Below, piece by piece: positions 1-9,730 of a stretch of 64,000 bases of DNA (position 1 is the stretch's first letter; the number at the start of each line of letters is the position of its first letter). The notes beneath the pieces are model-generated. The model was not told where the DNA came from. It ran no database searches and was given only the letters and a program-made list of their open reading frames with translations. A program made the translations under genes and the position numbers. Source of the DNA: an uncultured Chloroflexia bacterium (lineage in GTDB: Bacteria; Chloroflexota; Limnocylindria; Limnocylindrales; CSP1-4); contig CAVQJC010000020.1 in the NCBI GenBank assembly GCA_963712745.1, positions 256,001 through 320,000 of the forward strand. Direction: 5' to 3'.

Positions 1-2
1 CT

Positions 3-1082
3 CGCGTCCGCGACTACGACCCGGCCTGGGCGAACGAGATGCTCTACGAGCGTCGCGAGCTTTTCGAGGCCTACAACAAGGGCCTCTCCCTGCTGCTCAC
101 CAGCGAACTGCCGTGGCATCGTCACACCTGGGACAAGTTCAAGGGACGCCACGAGGGTGGCACTTTCACCCGCTACGAGGGCACGGTCGAGCACGTCCTC
201 GACCGCATCCGTGTAGAGGGACCGCTGTGTTCGCTCGACTTCGCGCGCAAGGCCGCCATCGACTGGTACTGGGGGCCGACCAGCGAGGTCCGGGCCGTGC
301 TCGAAGCGCTCTCGGAGGCCGGCATCATCGGGCTCGCCTATCGGGAGGGCAATCGGCGCTACTACGACCTCATCGAGCGCCTCCATCCCCCCGCACTGCT
401 GGGCGAGGAACGGCCGGACCGGGAGCAACGTCGCCATCGGCTGCTCTCTCGCTACCGCGCCCACGGCCTGCTCGGCGAGGGTGGCCGATCGGAGCTGTGG
501 TACGGCATCGGCCCGGCGCGAGCGTCGAAGGACACGCCACCCGGCACTGTCACCCGCACCGAGCTGTGCGCGGACCTGGTAGCTACGGGCGAGCTCGTGC
601 CGGTCGCCGTGGACGGCGTGCGCGGCACGCGCTACGTGCTTCACGATGAGGCGGCGGCCCTCGCGGCGGCCGCGGAGGAGATCGCAACGGGGAGGCCGTT
701 TGCCGACCCGAGCGCGGTCTTGCTCGCACCGCTCGACCCGCTGGCCTGGGACCGGGACTTGCTGCGCAGCCTCTTCGACTTCGACTACGTGTGGGAGGTG
801 TACGTGCCGCAGGCGAAGCGGCGCTGGGGTTACTACGTCCTGCCGCTGCTGTGGGGCGACCGCTTCGTCGGTCGCATCGAGCCGCGTATCGATCGCGACA
901 CCGGGACCATCCGCGTGCTCGGCATCTGGTGGGAGAACGGGTTCTCCCCTCGCGGGGCCGCCTTCGTCGAGGCCATGCGCGAGGCGCTTGCAGCGTACGC
1001 GCGTTTCGGCCACGCTGAGCGCATCGACTGGGGCGGCCTGAGTGGAGCCAGGAGACTGTTCGGGGTGCGCCCCAGGGGTTGA
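3..1082 (+). CDS. YcaQ/AlkZ-family (HTH_42) winged-helix DNA glycosylase, interstrand crosslink repair; 5' end outside window
   Basis: Frame is open from base 3 (RVRDYDPAWANEM...). Family-typical motifs LLAPLDPLAWDR, FDFDYVWEVYVPQAKRRWGYYVLPLLWGDRFVGRIE. Confidence 0.85.
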   Translation, partial: RVRDYDPAWANEMLYERRELFEAYNKGLSLLLTSELPWHRHTWDKFKGRHEGGTFTRYEGTVEHVLDRIRVEGPLCSLDFARKAAIDWYWGPTSEVRAVLEALSEAGIIGLAYREGNRRYYDLIERLHPPALLGEERPDREQRRHRLLSRYRAHGLLGEGGRSELWYGIGPARASKDTPPGTVTRTELCADLVATGELVPVAVDGVRGTRYVLHDEAAALAAAAEEIATGRPFADPSAVLLAPLDPLAWDRDLLRSLFDFDYVWEVYVPQAKRRWGYYVLPLLWGDRFVGRIEPRIDRDTGTIRVLGIWWENGFSPRGAAFVEAMREALAAYARFGHAERIDWGGLSGARRLFGVRPRG

Positions 1083-1107
1083 CGCCGACCCGGCCGACGG
1101 CTAGAGT
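1079..1107 (+). promoter_or_regulatory. Sigma70-type promoter pointing into an intergenic region with no credible CDS
   Basis: TTGACG (1079-1084), 17 bp spacer, TAGAGT (1102-1107). Confidence 0.6.
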
Positions 1108-1112
1108 CCGTA

Positions 1113-1275
1113 GGTAGTACGTAGTTTTGCAGTACGTATCGAGGGGCGGACGCCTTCTCCCCTCTCTGAGGACGTCTGAGCCGTGCAGACGTCCGGACCG
1201 AGGCCGGGACCTGACCTCCCGACGCTGCACAGGCGCCGTTCCGCGAGCGATTCGCGAACGGCGCCTCGGTCCGTC
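1113..1275 (+). ncRNA. Candidate structured small RNA
   Basis: Lies downstream of the promoter. Consecutive stems at 1141-1164, 1170-1194, 1205-1221 and 1231-1266, between convergent genes. Ends are approximate. Confidence 0.5.
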
Positions 1276-1331
1276 CGGGGCTCGGTCCAGCGCGTTCCGC
1301 CTGCCTGCGCAGCGACCCACACGGCCGGTGC

Positions 1332-2120
1332 CTACTTGAGCAGCAAGCCGCGCAGTCGCCGTGCGGTGATGGCCACCCCCACCAGGCCCATGATCGAGAG
1401 GTAGGCGATGTCGACCAGCACCATCGGCCCGATCTCGCCCGTCGAGAAGCTGCGCAGCATGTGCACGCCGCGATAGAGAGGGGTGAACTCCACGATCGTC
1501 TCCAGCCAGTCGGGATAGACGGAGATGGGGAAGAACGTGCCGCTGAACAGGAACAGCGGCATGCTCACGACCGTCACGAGATCGAAATCCTGCCACTTGC
1601 GCATGAAGGTGGTGGCGGCCATGCCGACCGCTGCCGCCGCGAGGCCGATGAGCAGCGCGCCCGGGACCATGAGGATGCCCCAGGGGGACAGGACCAGGCC
1701 CAGCAGCAGCATCACCAGCAGGAAGGCGAGGGCGTAGAGCAGGCCGCGTGTCAGGGCCCAGCTGACCTCGCCGATGGCGATGTCCGAGGGCCCCAGCGGC
1801 GTGGAGAGGATGGCGTCGAACGTCTTGGCGTACTTCAGCTTGAAGAAGAGGTTGAAGGTCGACTCGAAGAGCGCGCCGTTCATGGCCGCGGTGGCCATCA
1901 GGCCCGGTGCCACGAAGGCCGCGTAGGGGATGTCGCCGACGCCGCCGACCAGCGTGCCCAGGCCGAAGCCGATGCCCAGCAGGTAGAAGATGGGCTCGAA
2001 GAAGCCGGACACGATGATGGTCCAGTTGCGCCGGTACACGAGCACGTCACGCTCGAGCACCTTGTGGGCACGTGAGCGGCCGAGGGCGCGAGTAGGGAAG
2101 AAGCGGGTGGTGATCAGCAA
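1332..2120 (-). CDS. ABC-2 type exporter permease (NodJ-like)
   Basis: About six hydrophobic segments; YAAFVAPG, PLFLFSGTFFPI, FTPLY motifs. Confidence 0.9.
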   Translation of the reverse strand: MLITTRFFPTRALGRSRAHKVLERDVLVYRRNWTIIVSGFFEPIFYLLGIGFGLGTLVGGVGDIPYAAFVAPGLMATAAMNGALFESTFNLFFKLKYAKTFDAILSTPLGPSDIAIGEVSWALTRGLLYALAFLLVMLLLGLVLSPWGILMVPGALLIGLAAAAVGMAATTFMRKWQDFDLVTVVSMPLFLFSGTFFPISVYPDWLETIVEFTPLYRGVHMLRSFSTGEIGPMVLVDIAYLSIMGLVGVAITARRLRGLLLK

Positions 2121-2124
2121 GGCG

Positions 2125-2913
2125 CTACTCCGCCAGCTTCTGCTGGAAGGTCCGGTACGAGACCAGCAGTCCGACCACGGCCAGCGACATCAGGTAGGTC
2201 ACGTTCACCACGGCCAGCGCCGGGTCCAACATGTCGAGGGCGATGCCGCGCGCCAGCGCCACGGCGTGCCACAGCGGCGTCAGCACGGCCACGATCTGCA
2301 GCAGGTCGGGCAGCTGGCTGATAGGGAAGAACGTGCCACTGAAGATGAACATGGGCATGATCACGAAACGGAAGAGCGCGGCGAACGGGGCGTCGTTCTT
2401 CTGTGCCGCAGCGAACGCCTGGATCGGCGCTGCGAACGCCAGTCCCGTGAGGACGGCCACGGGCAGCATGGCGATGGCGCGCGCGACGTCGGTGGCACCG
2501 AAGACCACCATCACCGCGAGGAAGACGATGGCTCCGAACGTGAGGCGCACGGCCACCCACGCCAGCTGCCCTGTCGCCACGTGGCGAGCATCGAGCGGCG
2601 AGAGGATCATGGCCACGTACGTCTTGAGCCAGCGGATGCCGGCCATCACCGGGTAGGTGGACTCGAAGGTGGCCGTGTTCATGGCCGTGGCCACGAGGAT
2701 GCCGGGCGCCAGGAACATGACGTAGCTGACGCCCTCGATGCCGGCCGGATTGGAGTCATCGACGAATGAGCCCAGGCCGACGCCGATGGCGGCCAGGAAG
2801 AGGATGGGGTTAAGGAAGGTGGAGAAGACAGTGCCGCGCCAGGTACGGCGGTACACGAAGGCGTGGTGCTCCACGACTCGCAGCACGCTTCGCAGCGCGG
2901 CGCGCGCGTTCAC
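2125..2913 (-). CDS. ABC-2 type exporter permease (NodJ-like)
   Basis: YVMFLAPG, PMFIFSGTFFPI, LTPLWH; paralogue of the neighbouring permease. Confidence 0.9.
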   Translation of the reverse strand: MNARAALRSVLRVVEHHAFVYRRTWRGTVFSTFLNPILFLAAIGVGLGSFVDDSNPAGIEGVSYVMFLAPGILVATAMNTATFESTYPVMAGIRWLKTYVAMILSPLDARHVATGQLAWVAVRLTFGAIVFLAVMVVFGATDVARAIAMLPVAVLTGLAFAAPIQAFAAAQKNDAPFAALFRFVIMPMFIFSGTFFPISQLPDLLQIVAVLTPLWHAVALARGIALDMLDPALAVVNVTYLMSLAVVGLLVSYRTFQQKLAE

Positions 2914-3848
2914 TCGATGAGCCGCCGGCCGGTGAGGCGCAGGAAGACGTCCTCCAGCGAAGAGCGGCGCACGAGCTGGCTGGCGGGACGGATGCCGTCC
3001 GCATGGAGGGCCTCGGCCGCAGCCTCGCCATCGTCGGTGTAGAGGAGGACGCGGTCGGGCAGCTGTTCGGTGCGCTCGATGAGGTCGCCGGCCCTGCCCT
3101 CCAGGTCCGGCGTCTTGAGGTCATCGAATCGCAGCTCCAGCACCTCGCGGCTGGCGTACTCGTCGATGAGCGACTTGGGCGAGCCTTCGGCCACGATGCG
3201 GGCCTTGTCCATGACCACGAGGCGGTCACAGAGCTGCTCCGCCTCGTCCATGTAGTGGGTCGTGAGGATGAGCGTGACGCCCTGCTTCTTGAGCTGGTAG
3301 AGACGCTCCCAGACCATGTGCCGCGCCTGGGGGTCAAGGCCCGTGGTGGGCTCGTCGAGGAGCATCATCTCGGGCTCGTTGATGAGGCCGCGGGCGATGG
3401 TAAGGCGGCGCTTCATGCCGCCCGAGAGCGGTTCCACCTCGGAGTCGGCCTTCTCGGTCAGCTGCACGAACTCGAGCAGCTCCTCGGCGCGACGGCGGCA
3501 CTCCCTGTAGGAGAGGTCGAAGTAGCGCCCGTAGATGATGAGGTTCTCCATGACCGTCAGCTCCAGGTCGAGCGTGTCGGCCTGGGGCACCACGCCGAGG
3601 CGACGGCGGATGGCCGAGCCCTCCGACCCGGGGTCCATCCCGAGCACGCTGAGCTCTCCCGCGGTGACGGGCGAGATACAGCCGATCATGCGCATGGTGC
3701 TGGTCTTGCCGGCCCCGTTGGGGCCGAGGAAGCCGAAGGCCTCGCCCGCCTGGACGTCGAACTCGACGGCATCGACGGCGGTGAAGCTACCGAAGCGCTT
3801 GGTCAGGCCGCGGGCATGGACGAGCGCGGCGGGAGACGTGGCGGACAC
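2910..3848 (-). CDS. ABC transporter ATP-binding subunit (NodI/DrrA-like)
   Basis: GPNGAGKT Walker A, LSGGMKRR signature, [23 protein letters not shown] start at 3848 lies 6 nt after a TACCAT -10 box. Confidence 0.93.
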   Translation of the reverse strand: MSATSPAALVHARGLTKRFGSFTAVDAVEFDVQAGEAFGFLGPNGAGKTSTMRMIGCISPVTAGELSVLGMDPGSEGSAIRRRLGVVPQADTLDLELTVMENLIIYGRYFDLSYRECRRRAEELLEFVQLTEKADSEVEPLSGGMKRRLTIARGLINEPEMMLLDEPTTGLDPQARHMVWERLYQLKKQGVTLILTTHYMDEAEQLCDRLVVMDKARIVAEGSPKSLIDEYASREVLELRFDDLKTPDLEGRAGDLIERTEQLPDRVLLYTDDGEAAAEALHADGIRPASQLVRRSSLEDVFLRLTGRRLIE

Positions 3849-3908
3849 GTTCCGATGGTAGCCCACGCTACGCTCGAGCTGGGCGCGGGCAGCGGATGCG
3901 CCAGTGGG

Positions 3909-4625
3909 TCAGTCGGACGCGCCGGGCACGAGGCCGATGTGCAGTACCACGATGCCTCCCGACAGGCCCGTCCACTCGACCTCGACGAGCCCGGCCTGGC
4001 GCATGATCTCGGCGATGCGCTCGGGGCCGGGGTAGTCCTTCGTTGACTGCACCAGGTAGGCATAGGCGTCGCCTTGGCCGACGAGCCGGCCGATGAGCGG
4101 GACGATGTTGTCGAACCAGCGGCCGATGAGCTTGCCGACCCGGCTGCTGGGACGGGTGATCTCCAGGCAGGCGACCACTCCGCCCGGCCGCACCGCCCGG
4201 GCCATCTCGGCGAAGCCGCGCCCGTAGTCGGCGAGATTGCGCATGCCGAACGCGATGGTGGCCGCGTCGAAAGCGTCGTCGTCGACCGGCAGCGCCAGCG
4301 CGTCGCCCTGGCGGAACGTGAGACCGGGCGCATCCTGTCCTTGTCGCTTCGAAGCGACCTCGATCATGCCCGCGCTGAAGTCGATCCCCAGCGCCTCGCC
4401 GCCCGGCTGTGCGGCCCGCCACAGGTCGGTCGTGACCTTGCCGCTTCCGCAAGCGACATCGAGAGCCCGCCCGCCGGGGCCGATGCGCGAGGCCTTCACC
4501 AGCTGCCGGCGCCAGCGAGGCTCCTGGAATCCGCTGATGGCCAGGTTCATGCCGTCGTAGACACCGGAGATGCGGTCGAACATCTGCTCGACCCGCTGAG
4601 GGGGAGCGCTGTTGCCTTGGCTCAT
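3909..4625 (-). CDS. menG: Demethylmenaquinone methyltransferase
   Basis: MFDRISGVYDGMN, LDVACGSG SAM motif, IAFGMRN, AYAYLVQS; last gene of the men operon. Confidence 0.9.
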   Translation of the reverse strand: MSQGNSAPPQRVEQMFDRISGVYDGMNLAISGFQEPRWRRQLVKASRIGPGGRALDVACGSGKVTTDLWRAAQPGGEALGIDFSAGMIEVASKRQGQDAPGLTFRQGDALALPVDDDAFDAATIAFGMRNLADYGRGFAEMARAVRPGGVVACLEITRPSSRVGKLIGRWFDNIVPLIGRLVGQGDAYAYLVQSTKDYPGPERIAEIMRQAGLVEVEWTGLSGGIVVLHIGLVPGASD

Positions 4626-5386
4626 CGCTCGAGCAACTCCTCGATGGAGGCGGCGACGGCCTCGGGTCGCAGCACGGGCGCCATGTGGTCGAGCCCTTCG
4701 AGGCGGGCGTGTTCGGCACCGTCGATACGAGTGACCAGCGCGGCGGCGATCTGGGCATAGAGGGCCGCGCTGGCGGTGCCGGTGGCGACGCGTACTGGGC
4801 AGTCGATGCGAGCGAGGCCGAGGGGGTCCATGCCCAGAAGGGTCGCATCCGCGACCGCACCCTGCCCGGCGCGCCCGATGCGCTCCCGCGCGGCCGGGCT
4901 CAGGGAGGCCACAGCGGCCGCGCCCGCAACGCCTTCCATGAAGGCGAGAGCAGCGCCCGGGAGGTCGCCATCGTCCCTCAGAGCGAGGGTGTGCCCGGCA
5001 ACCTGGGCCATGCCCGCCTGTGCCTTGGCCGAGGCCAGCGGGCCATACGGCGGCTCGTAGGCGAAGACGGCGCCGATCAGGCCCGGCTCGCGCGCGGCCA
5101 GCTCGAGCGCGACACAGCCACCGTAGCTGTGCCCGGCCACGGCGGCTCGGACCAGCCGCTCGCGCTCCGCGATGGCAACGAGGTCAGCCACGTGGACGGC
5201 GACGTCGATGGGCTCCGCCGGTCCGTCGACGGGGCTCCGTCCGCTACCGCGGCGGTCGACGCTGATGACGGTGTGGCGCCCGGCCAGTCTCGAGGCCAGG
5301 CCCCGCAGCTGGCGCCCCGAGCTGAGCGTGGCGTGCAGCAGGAGCAGCGGAGGGCCCTGGCCCAGCCGCGTGTAGTACGGGATCAT
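4622..5386 (-). CDS. Alpha/beta hydrolase inside the men operon
   Basis: LLLLHA, DRRGSGRS, GHSYGG nucleophile elbow, C-terminal His (LDHMAP); 4-bp overlaps with menE and menG. Confidence 0.85.
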   Translation of the reverse strand: MIPYYTRLGQGPPLLLLHATLSSGRQLRGLASRLAGRHTVISVDRRGSGRSPVDGPAEPIDVAVHVADLVAIAERERLVRAAVAGHSYGGCVALELAAREPGLIGAVFAYEPPYGPLASAKAQAGMAQVAGHTLALRDDGDLPGAALAFMEGVAGAAAVASLSPAARERIGRAGQGAVADATLLGMDPLGLARIDCPVRVATGTASAALYAQIAAALVTRIDGAEHARLEGLDHMAPVLRPEAVAASIEELLER

Positions 5387-6858
5387 GCGGTGTCATCGCC
5401 GAAGGCGCGGCGGAGGTCCCGGCGGAGGACCTTGCCGAGGGCGTTCCGGGGCAGCGCCTCCAGCCGCTGGAAGCGGACCGGCACCTTGTAGTCGGCCAGC
5501 CGCGCGCGACAGTGGATTGTGAGCTCGTCGTCGCCGGGCCCGGGCGGCACGGCGACGACGATGGCCGCCGCCGGCACGGCACCCCAGCGCTCATGGGCCA
5601 GGCCGACCACCGCGACGTCCGCGATGCCGGGATGGGCCCGGAGCACGGACTCCACCTCGACCGGGGACACGTTCTCGCCGCCAGAGATGATGAGATCGTC
5701 GCGCCGGTCCAGGACGCGCAGCAGGCCGTCCCCGTCGAGCGTGCCGATGTCCCCGGTACGCAGCCAGCCGTCCTGCAGCCTCGCCGCCGTGGCCGCGTCG
5801 TCGCCGGCGTAGCCTGAGAACACCATCTCCCCGCGCACCAGGATCTCGCCGCTCCCGTCGGCCGCCCCGTCGGGCTCGACGCGCACCGCCACGCCCGGCA
5901 GAGGCCGGGCGGCCAGCGGGTCGGCGAGCGTGGCCACGTCGGCACCACCGGCTGCGATGCCTGAGCCGGTCTCCGTCATGCCGTAGGTGGTGAGCACCGG
6001 GTATCCGGCGGCCCGCGCCCCCGACAGGAGGTCGGCGGGGATGGGTCCGCCGCCGAGCAGCATGGCCCGCAGTGTCCCGGGTACCGGCCGGGCCTCGCGC
6101 ACCGCCAGCAGCTGGGTCAACTGGGCCGGCACCAGTGAGAGGTGGCTGACACCGTCATCGAGCGCGTCGCTCACGGCCGCGGCATCGAACGTCGGGTGGA
6201 GGTCCAGGGGAGCACCCCAGCGGGTCGCGCGCGTGACGATGGCCAGGCCGGCGACGTGGAAGAGCGGCAGGCAGGCCAGCCAGCGGTCACCCGGCCGTGG
6301 CCGCAGGAAGCCGGCCCAGGCATGGGCGCTGGCGCGGTGGTTGTCGTAGCTGAGGATGGCGGCCCTGGGCTCGCCGCTCGTGCCGGAGGTGAAAACGATG
6401 GTGGCCGCCGCTTCGAGGTCGATCTCGCCCCGGAGTACCGGCGGGGGCCCACAGGGTGCGCCGGCCAGGAGCGCCTCGATGCGCTGGCCGGCCAGGCCCT
6501 CGGGCGCGCCGTCGCGGGCCTGCCCGGCGTGGGCGGCGTCGAACAGCAGCGTATCGACCCCGACCCGCTCGAGCTGAGCGCGCAGCTCGGCCGACGCGGC
6601 GCGTCGGTTCAGCGGCACGTGCACCGCACCGAGCCGGCGGGTGGCGTGGATGAGTGCCACGGCCGGAGCGTCGTCCGCAAGCAGGCAGGCGACGCGACTC
6701 CCCTGCCCCACGCCCTCGGCTGCCAGCGCCGTGGCCAGGCCGTCAGCTGCTCGCAGCAGCTCCTCGCGCGTCCAGGTGGCTGAAGGGCTGCGCAGCGCCG
6801 GCGCCGTAGGGTCCTGGCGGACGCGCTCCAGCAGCGGGTCGGGGACCAGGCGACTCAC
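5383..6858 (-). CDS. menE: o-succinylbenzoate--CoA ligase
   Basis: FTSGTSGEP AMP-binding loop, LPLFHVAG, TYGMTET, RTGD, ISGGENV, GKVLR; operon context. Confidence 0.9.
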   Translation of the reverse strand: MSRLVPDPLLERVRQDPTAPALRSPSATWTREELLRAADGLATALAAEGVGQGSRVACLLADDAPAVALIHATRRLGAVHVPLNRRAASAELRAQLERVGVDTLLFDAAHAGQARDGAPEGLAGQRIEALLAGAPCGPPPVLRGEIDLEAAATIVFTSGTSGEPRAAILSYDNHRASAHAWAGFLRPRPGDRWLACLPLFHVAGLAIVTRATRWGAPLDLHPTFDAAAVSDALDDGVSHLSLVPAQLTQLLAVREARPVPGTLRAMLLGGGPIPADLLSGARAAGYPVLTTYGMTETGSGIAAGGADVATLADPLAARPLPGVAVRVEPDGAADGSGEILVRGEMVFSGYAGDDAATAARLQDGWLRTGDIGTLDGDGLLRVLDRRDDLIISGGENVSPVEVESVLRAHPGIADVAVVGLAHERWGAVPAAAIVVAVPPGPGDDELTIHCRARLADYKVPVRFQRLEALPRNALGKVLRRDLRRAFGDDTA

Positions 6859-7949
6859 GTGACGCGGTACCGCGCGATGGCGGCTTCATCGAGCTCGACT
6901 CCCAGCCCTGGTCCGGCCGGCACGGCCATGTGGCCATCGGTGATCACCAGCGGCTCGGCGAGCAACTCGGATTCGAGCAGCGCACCGGTGGCCAGTCCGT
7001 GCGCCTGGGCCCCGGGGGCGGTGGCAGCCAGATGCAGTGCCCCGGCCAGGCCGACCCCGGTCTCGAACAGTGTCGACACGATCACGGGCACGGCGGCTGC
7101 GGTCGCGAGTTCCACGATGGCGCCGGCCTGACGCAACCCGCCCACGCGCGCTGGCTTGACCACCAACGCATCCACGGCGCCGGTATCGAGGAGCACACGG
7201 GCCGAGCCCAGGTCGCGCACGGCCTCGTCGGCCGCGATGGGCACCGACCCGGTCCAGCGCAGTCGCGCGAGCGCCTCCGCGCCGGCACTCGGCGGGATCG
7301 GCTGCTCCGCGTACTCGATGTCGAACGGGGCCACGCTGGCGAGCACATCGGCAGCCATCTCCGAGGCCAGGCTGCCGTTGAAGTCGAGCCGCAGGGCCGC
7401 CTCCGGCCCGATGGCCTCCCGCACCGCCGCCACGCGCTCGACGAGCGCCCCGTCGGGCTCGTCGCCGGCCTTGAGCTTGAAACAGCCGAAGCCCCCGGCA
7501 GCCAGCGCGGCAGCCAGCGCAGCGGCCTCGGCGGGTGGGACGATGCCGAGCATGGCATTCACGGCCACGACGGAGGCCGGCCCGGGCGAGAGGTGGGCGG
7601 CGAGCGTGCGGTGGTTGGCGCGCGCGAGCAGATCGACCAACGCCGACTCGACCGCGGACCGAGCAGCTCGCCCCACGAAGGGCCAGGCGTCGACCTCGCG
7701 TAGCGTGCGCTCGACCGAGACCGGGTCGCCGAGGTCGAGGCCCTCCAGGACGGCCACCAGTCGCGGTGAGACGTCCTCGCCCAGGTCGTTCGGTCTCGGT
7801 GCGGGGAACTCGCCGAGGCCCTCGCGGCCGTCGTCGGTCCGCAGCACGATGATGCCTGCGCGATGCTGATCCCAACGCTGGGCTCCACTGATGACAGCCT
7901 CGCGGAAGGGCACGTCTACGATCTCCACGCGCGCTCGTTCGAGGCGCAT
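6855..7949 (-). CDS. menC: o-succinylbenzoate synthase (enolase superfamily)
   Basis: FKLKAG (KxK), LRLDFNG, EQP, ADE, VVKP; operon context. Confidence 0.88.
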   Translation of the reverse strand: MRLERARVEIVDVPFREAVISGAQRWDQHRAGIIVLRTDDGREGLGEFPAPRPNDLGEDVSPRLVAVLEGLDLGDPVSVERTLREVDAWPFVGRAARSAVESALVDLLARANHRTLAAHLSPGPASVVAVNAMLGIVPPAEAAALAAALAAGGFGCFKLKAGDEPDGALVERVAAVREAIGPEAALRLDFNGSLASEMAADVLASVAPFDIEYAEQPIPPSAGAEALARLRWTGSVPIAADEAVRDLGSARVLLDTGAVDALVVKPARVGGLRQAGAIVELATAAAVPVIVSTLFETGVGLAGALHLAATAPGAQAHGLATGALLESELLAEPLVITDGHMAVPAGPGLGVELDEAAIARYRVT

Positions 7950-8872
7950 CAGGCGAGCCCCGGGAGGGCCAGGCCGGAGGCGAGCAGGACGCTGAAGGCG
8001 AGTGACAGTCGGGCCGTGCCCTTGAGCACGGCGTTGAGGCGTCGCGGGTCACCGCCGGCATGCACCACGCGCAGGAGTGGCACCGCCAGGGGTGCGCTGA
8101 TCAACGGCAGCAGCACCGCGCTCGAGGTCGCGCCCACGACCGCGAGAGCGGGCGGGATGACGAAGGCCAGGCCCAGCAGCAGGTCGTACTCGACCACGGC
8201 CGCGCGGGCGCCGAACATCACCGCCAGCGTCCGCTTGCCGGCTCGTCGATCACCATCGATGTCGCGCAGGTTGTTGACCACCAGGATGGCCGTGATGAGC
8301 GCCCCCACCGGGACCGCCACGGCCAGCGCCAGCGGCTCCAGGGCGAGCGTCTGCAGATACGTCGTGCCGGTTACCGCCACGAGGCCGAAGAAGACGAAGA
8401 CGAAGACCTCGCCCAGGCCGTGATAGCCGTAGGGCCACGGCCCACCGGTGTAGGCGAAGGCGCTGATGACCGCCGCGATGCCCAGCACCAGGATGACCGG
8501 TCCGCCGAGCCAGACGAGATAGAGCCCCACCAGCCCTGCCAGGGCGACGATGACCCCGAGCCCGGCGAGCATCTCGCGCTCCGAGAGCAATCCCAGGGCC
8601 GCCGCCCGCGGTGGTCCCAGCCGCTGCTCGTCATCCGCACCGGACCGGAAGTCCGAGAGGTCGTTGGCCACGTTGGAGGCGATCTGCAGCAGCAGCGCCA
8701 CGGCCAGGCAGGCCAGCGCCGCGGGCAGCTCGAAGAAGCCGAGCCCGATAGCCACGCCCAGTCCGACCAGCACCGGGCCCACCGCGGCCGGCAACGTGGC
8801 CGGGCGGATGGCCACGAACCAGGCTCGCGCGCGCGAAGGCCGCGAGGCCGAGCCCGTCGCCCGTCCGCTCAT
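7949..8872 (-). CDS. menA: 1,4-dihydroxy-2-naphthoate polyprenyltransferase
   Basis: RPATLPA, NVANDLSDFRSGAD, YTGGP.PYGY.GLGE, NNLRDIDGDRRAGKRTLAV. Confidence 0.95.
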   Translation of the reverse strand: MSGRATGSASRPSRARAWFVAIRPATLPAAVGPVLVGLGVAIGLGFFELPAALACLAVALLLQIASNVANDLSDFRSGADDEQRLGPPRAAALGLLSEREMLAGLGVIVALAGLVGLYLVWLGGPVILVLGIAAVISAFAYTGGPWPYGYHGLGEVFVFVFFGLVAVTGTTYLQTLALEPLALAVAVPVGALITAILVVNNLRDIDGDRRAGKRTLAVMFGARAAVVEYDLLLGLAFVIPPALAVVGATSSAVLLPLISAPLAVPLLRVVHAGGDPRRLNAVLKGTARLSLAFSVLLASGLALPGLA

Positions 8873-8896
8873 ATCATCGGTCCTTGGTCGTGCTGC

Positions 8897-9718
8897 TCAG
8901 GGCCGGCGAGGGAACTTCGAGAAGTCGGGCTTGCGCTTCTCGAGGAAGGCCTTGCTGCCCTCGTGCGCTTCCTCGGTGAGGTAGAAGAGCATGGTGGCGT
9001 CGCCGGCCAGTTCCTGGATGCCGGCCAGGCCATCGACGTCGGCGTTGAACGAGCGCTTCAACATGCGGATGGCAGTGGGGCTCTTCTCCAGGATCTCCTC
9101 GGCCCAACGCACACCTTCAGCCTCCAGGCGCGCCAGGGGCACGACGGTGTTGACCAGGCCCATCTCGAGCGCCTCCTGGGCGCTGTACTGGCGGCACAGG
9201 TACCACATCTCACGGGCCCTCTTGTGGCCCACGATCCGCGCCAGCATGGTGGCGCCGTAGCCGCCGTCGAAGCTGCCGACCTTGGGCCCGGTCTGGCCGA
9301 AGACCGCGTTCTCCGAGGCGATGCTGAGATCGCAGATGACGTGCAGTACGTGGCCGCCCCCGATGGCATAACCGTTGACCAGGGCGATGACGGCGATGGG
9401 CAGCGAGCGGATGAGCCGTTGCAGGTCGAGCACATTGAGGCGGGCGGTGCCATCGGCGGCGATGTAGCCACCCTCGCCCTTGACCGTCATGTCGCCGCCG
9501 GAACAGAAGGCCAGGTCGCCGGCGCCGGTGAAGAGCACGACGCCGATGGCGCTGTCGTCGCGCACCCGGCGAAAGGCGTCGATGAGCTCGCTCACGGTCT
9601 CCGGCCGGAACGCGTTACGAACGTGCTGGCGGTCGATGGTGATCTTGGCGATACCCGTGCCCGAGTGCTCGTAGCGGATGTCCTCGTACTCGTGGGCAGT
9701 CGTCCAGTCGGTCGGCAT
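8897..9718 (-). CDS. menB: 1,4-dihydroxy-2-naphthoyl-CoA synthase
   Basis: [41 protein letters not shown]. Confidence 0.97.
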   Translation of the reverse strand: MPTDWTTAHEYEDIRYEHSGTGIAKITIDRQHVRNAFRPETVSELIDAFRRVRDDSAIGVVLFTGAGDLAFCSGGDMTVKGEGGYIAADGTARLNVLDLQRLIRSLPIAVIALVNGYAIGGGHVLHVICDLSIASENAVFGQTGPKVGSFDGGYGATMLARIVGHKRAREMWYLCRQYSAQEALEMGLVNTVVPLARLEAEGVRWAEEILEKSPTAIRMLKRSFNADVDGLAGIQELAGDATMLFYLTEEAHEGSKAFLEKRKPDFSKFPRRP

Positions 9719-9730
9719 GGGCTGGTCCTC

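Noticed and set aside
1200-1225. SRP RNA suggested by minus-strand GTCAGGTCC
   Set aside because: The following GGAAGGAAGCAGC motif is absent, and the promoter is on the other strand.
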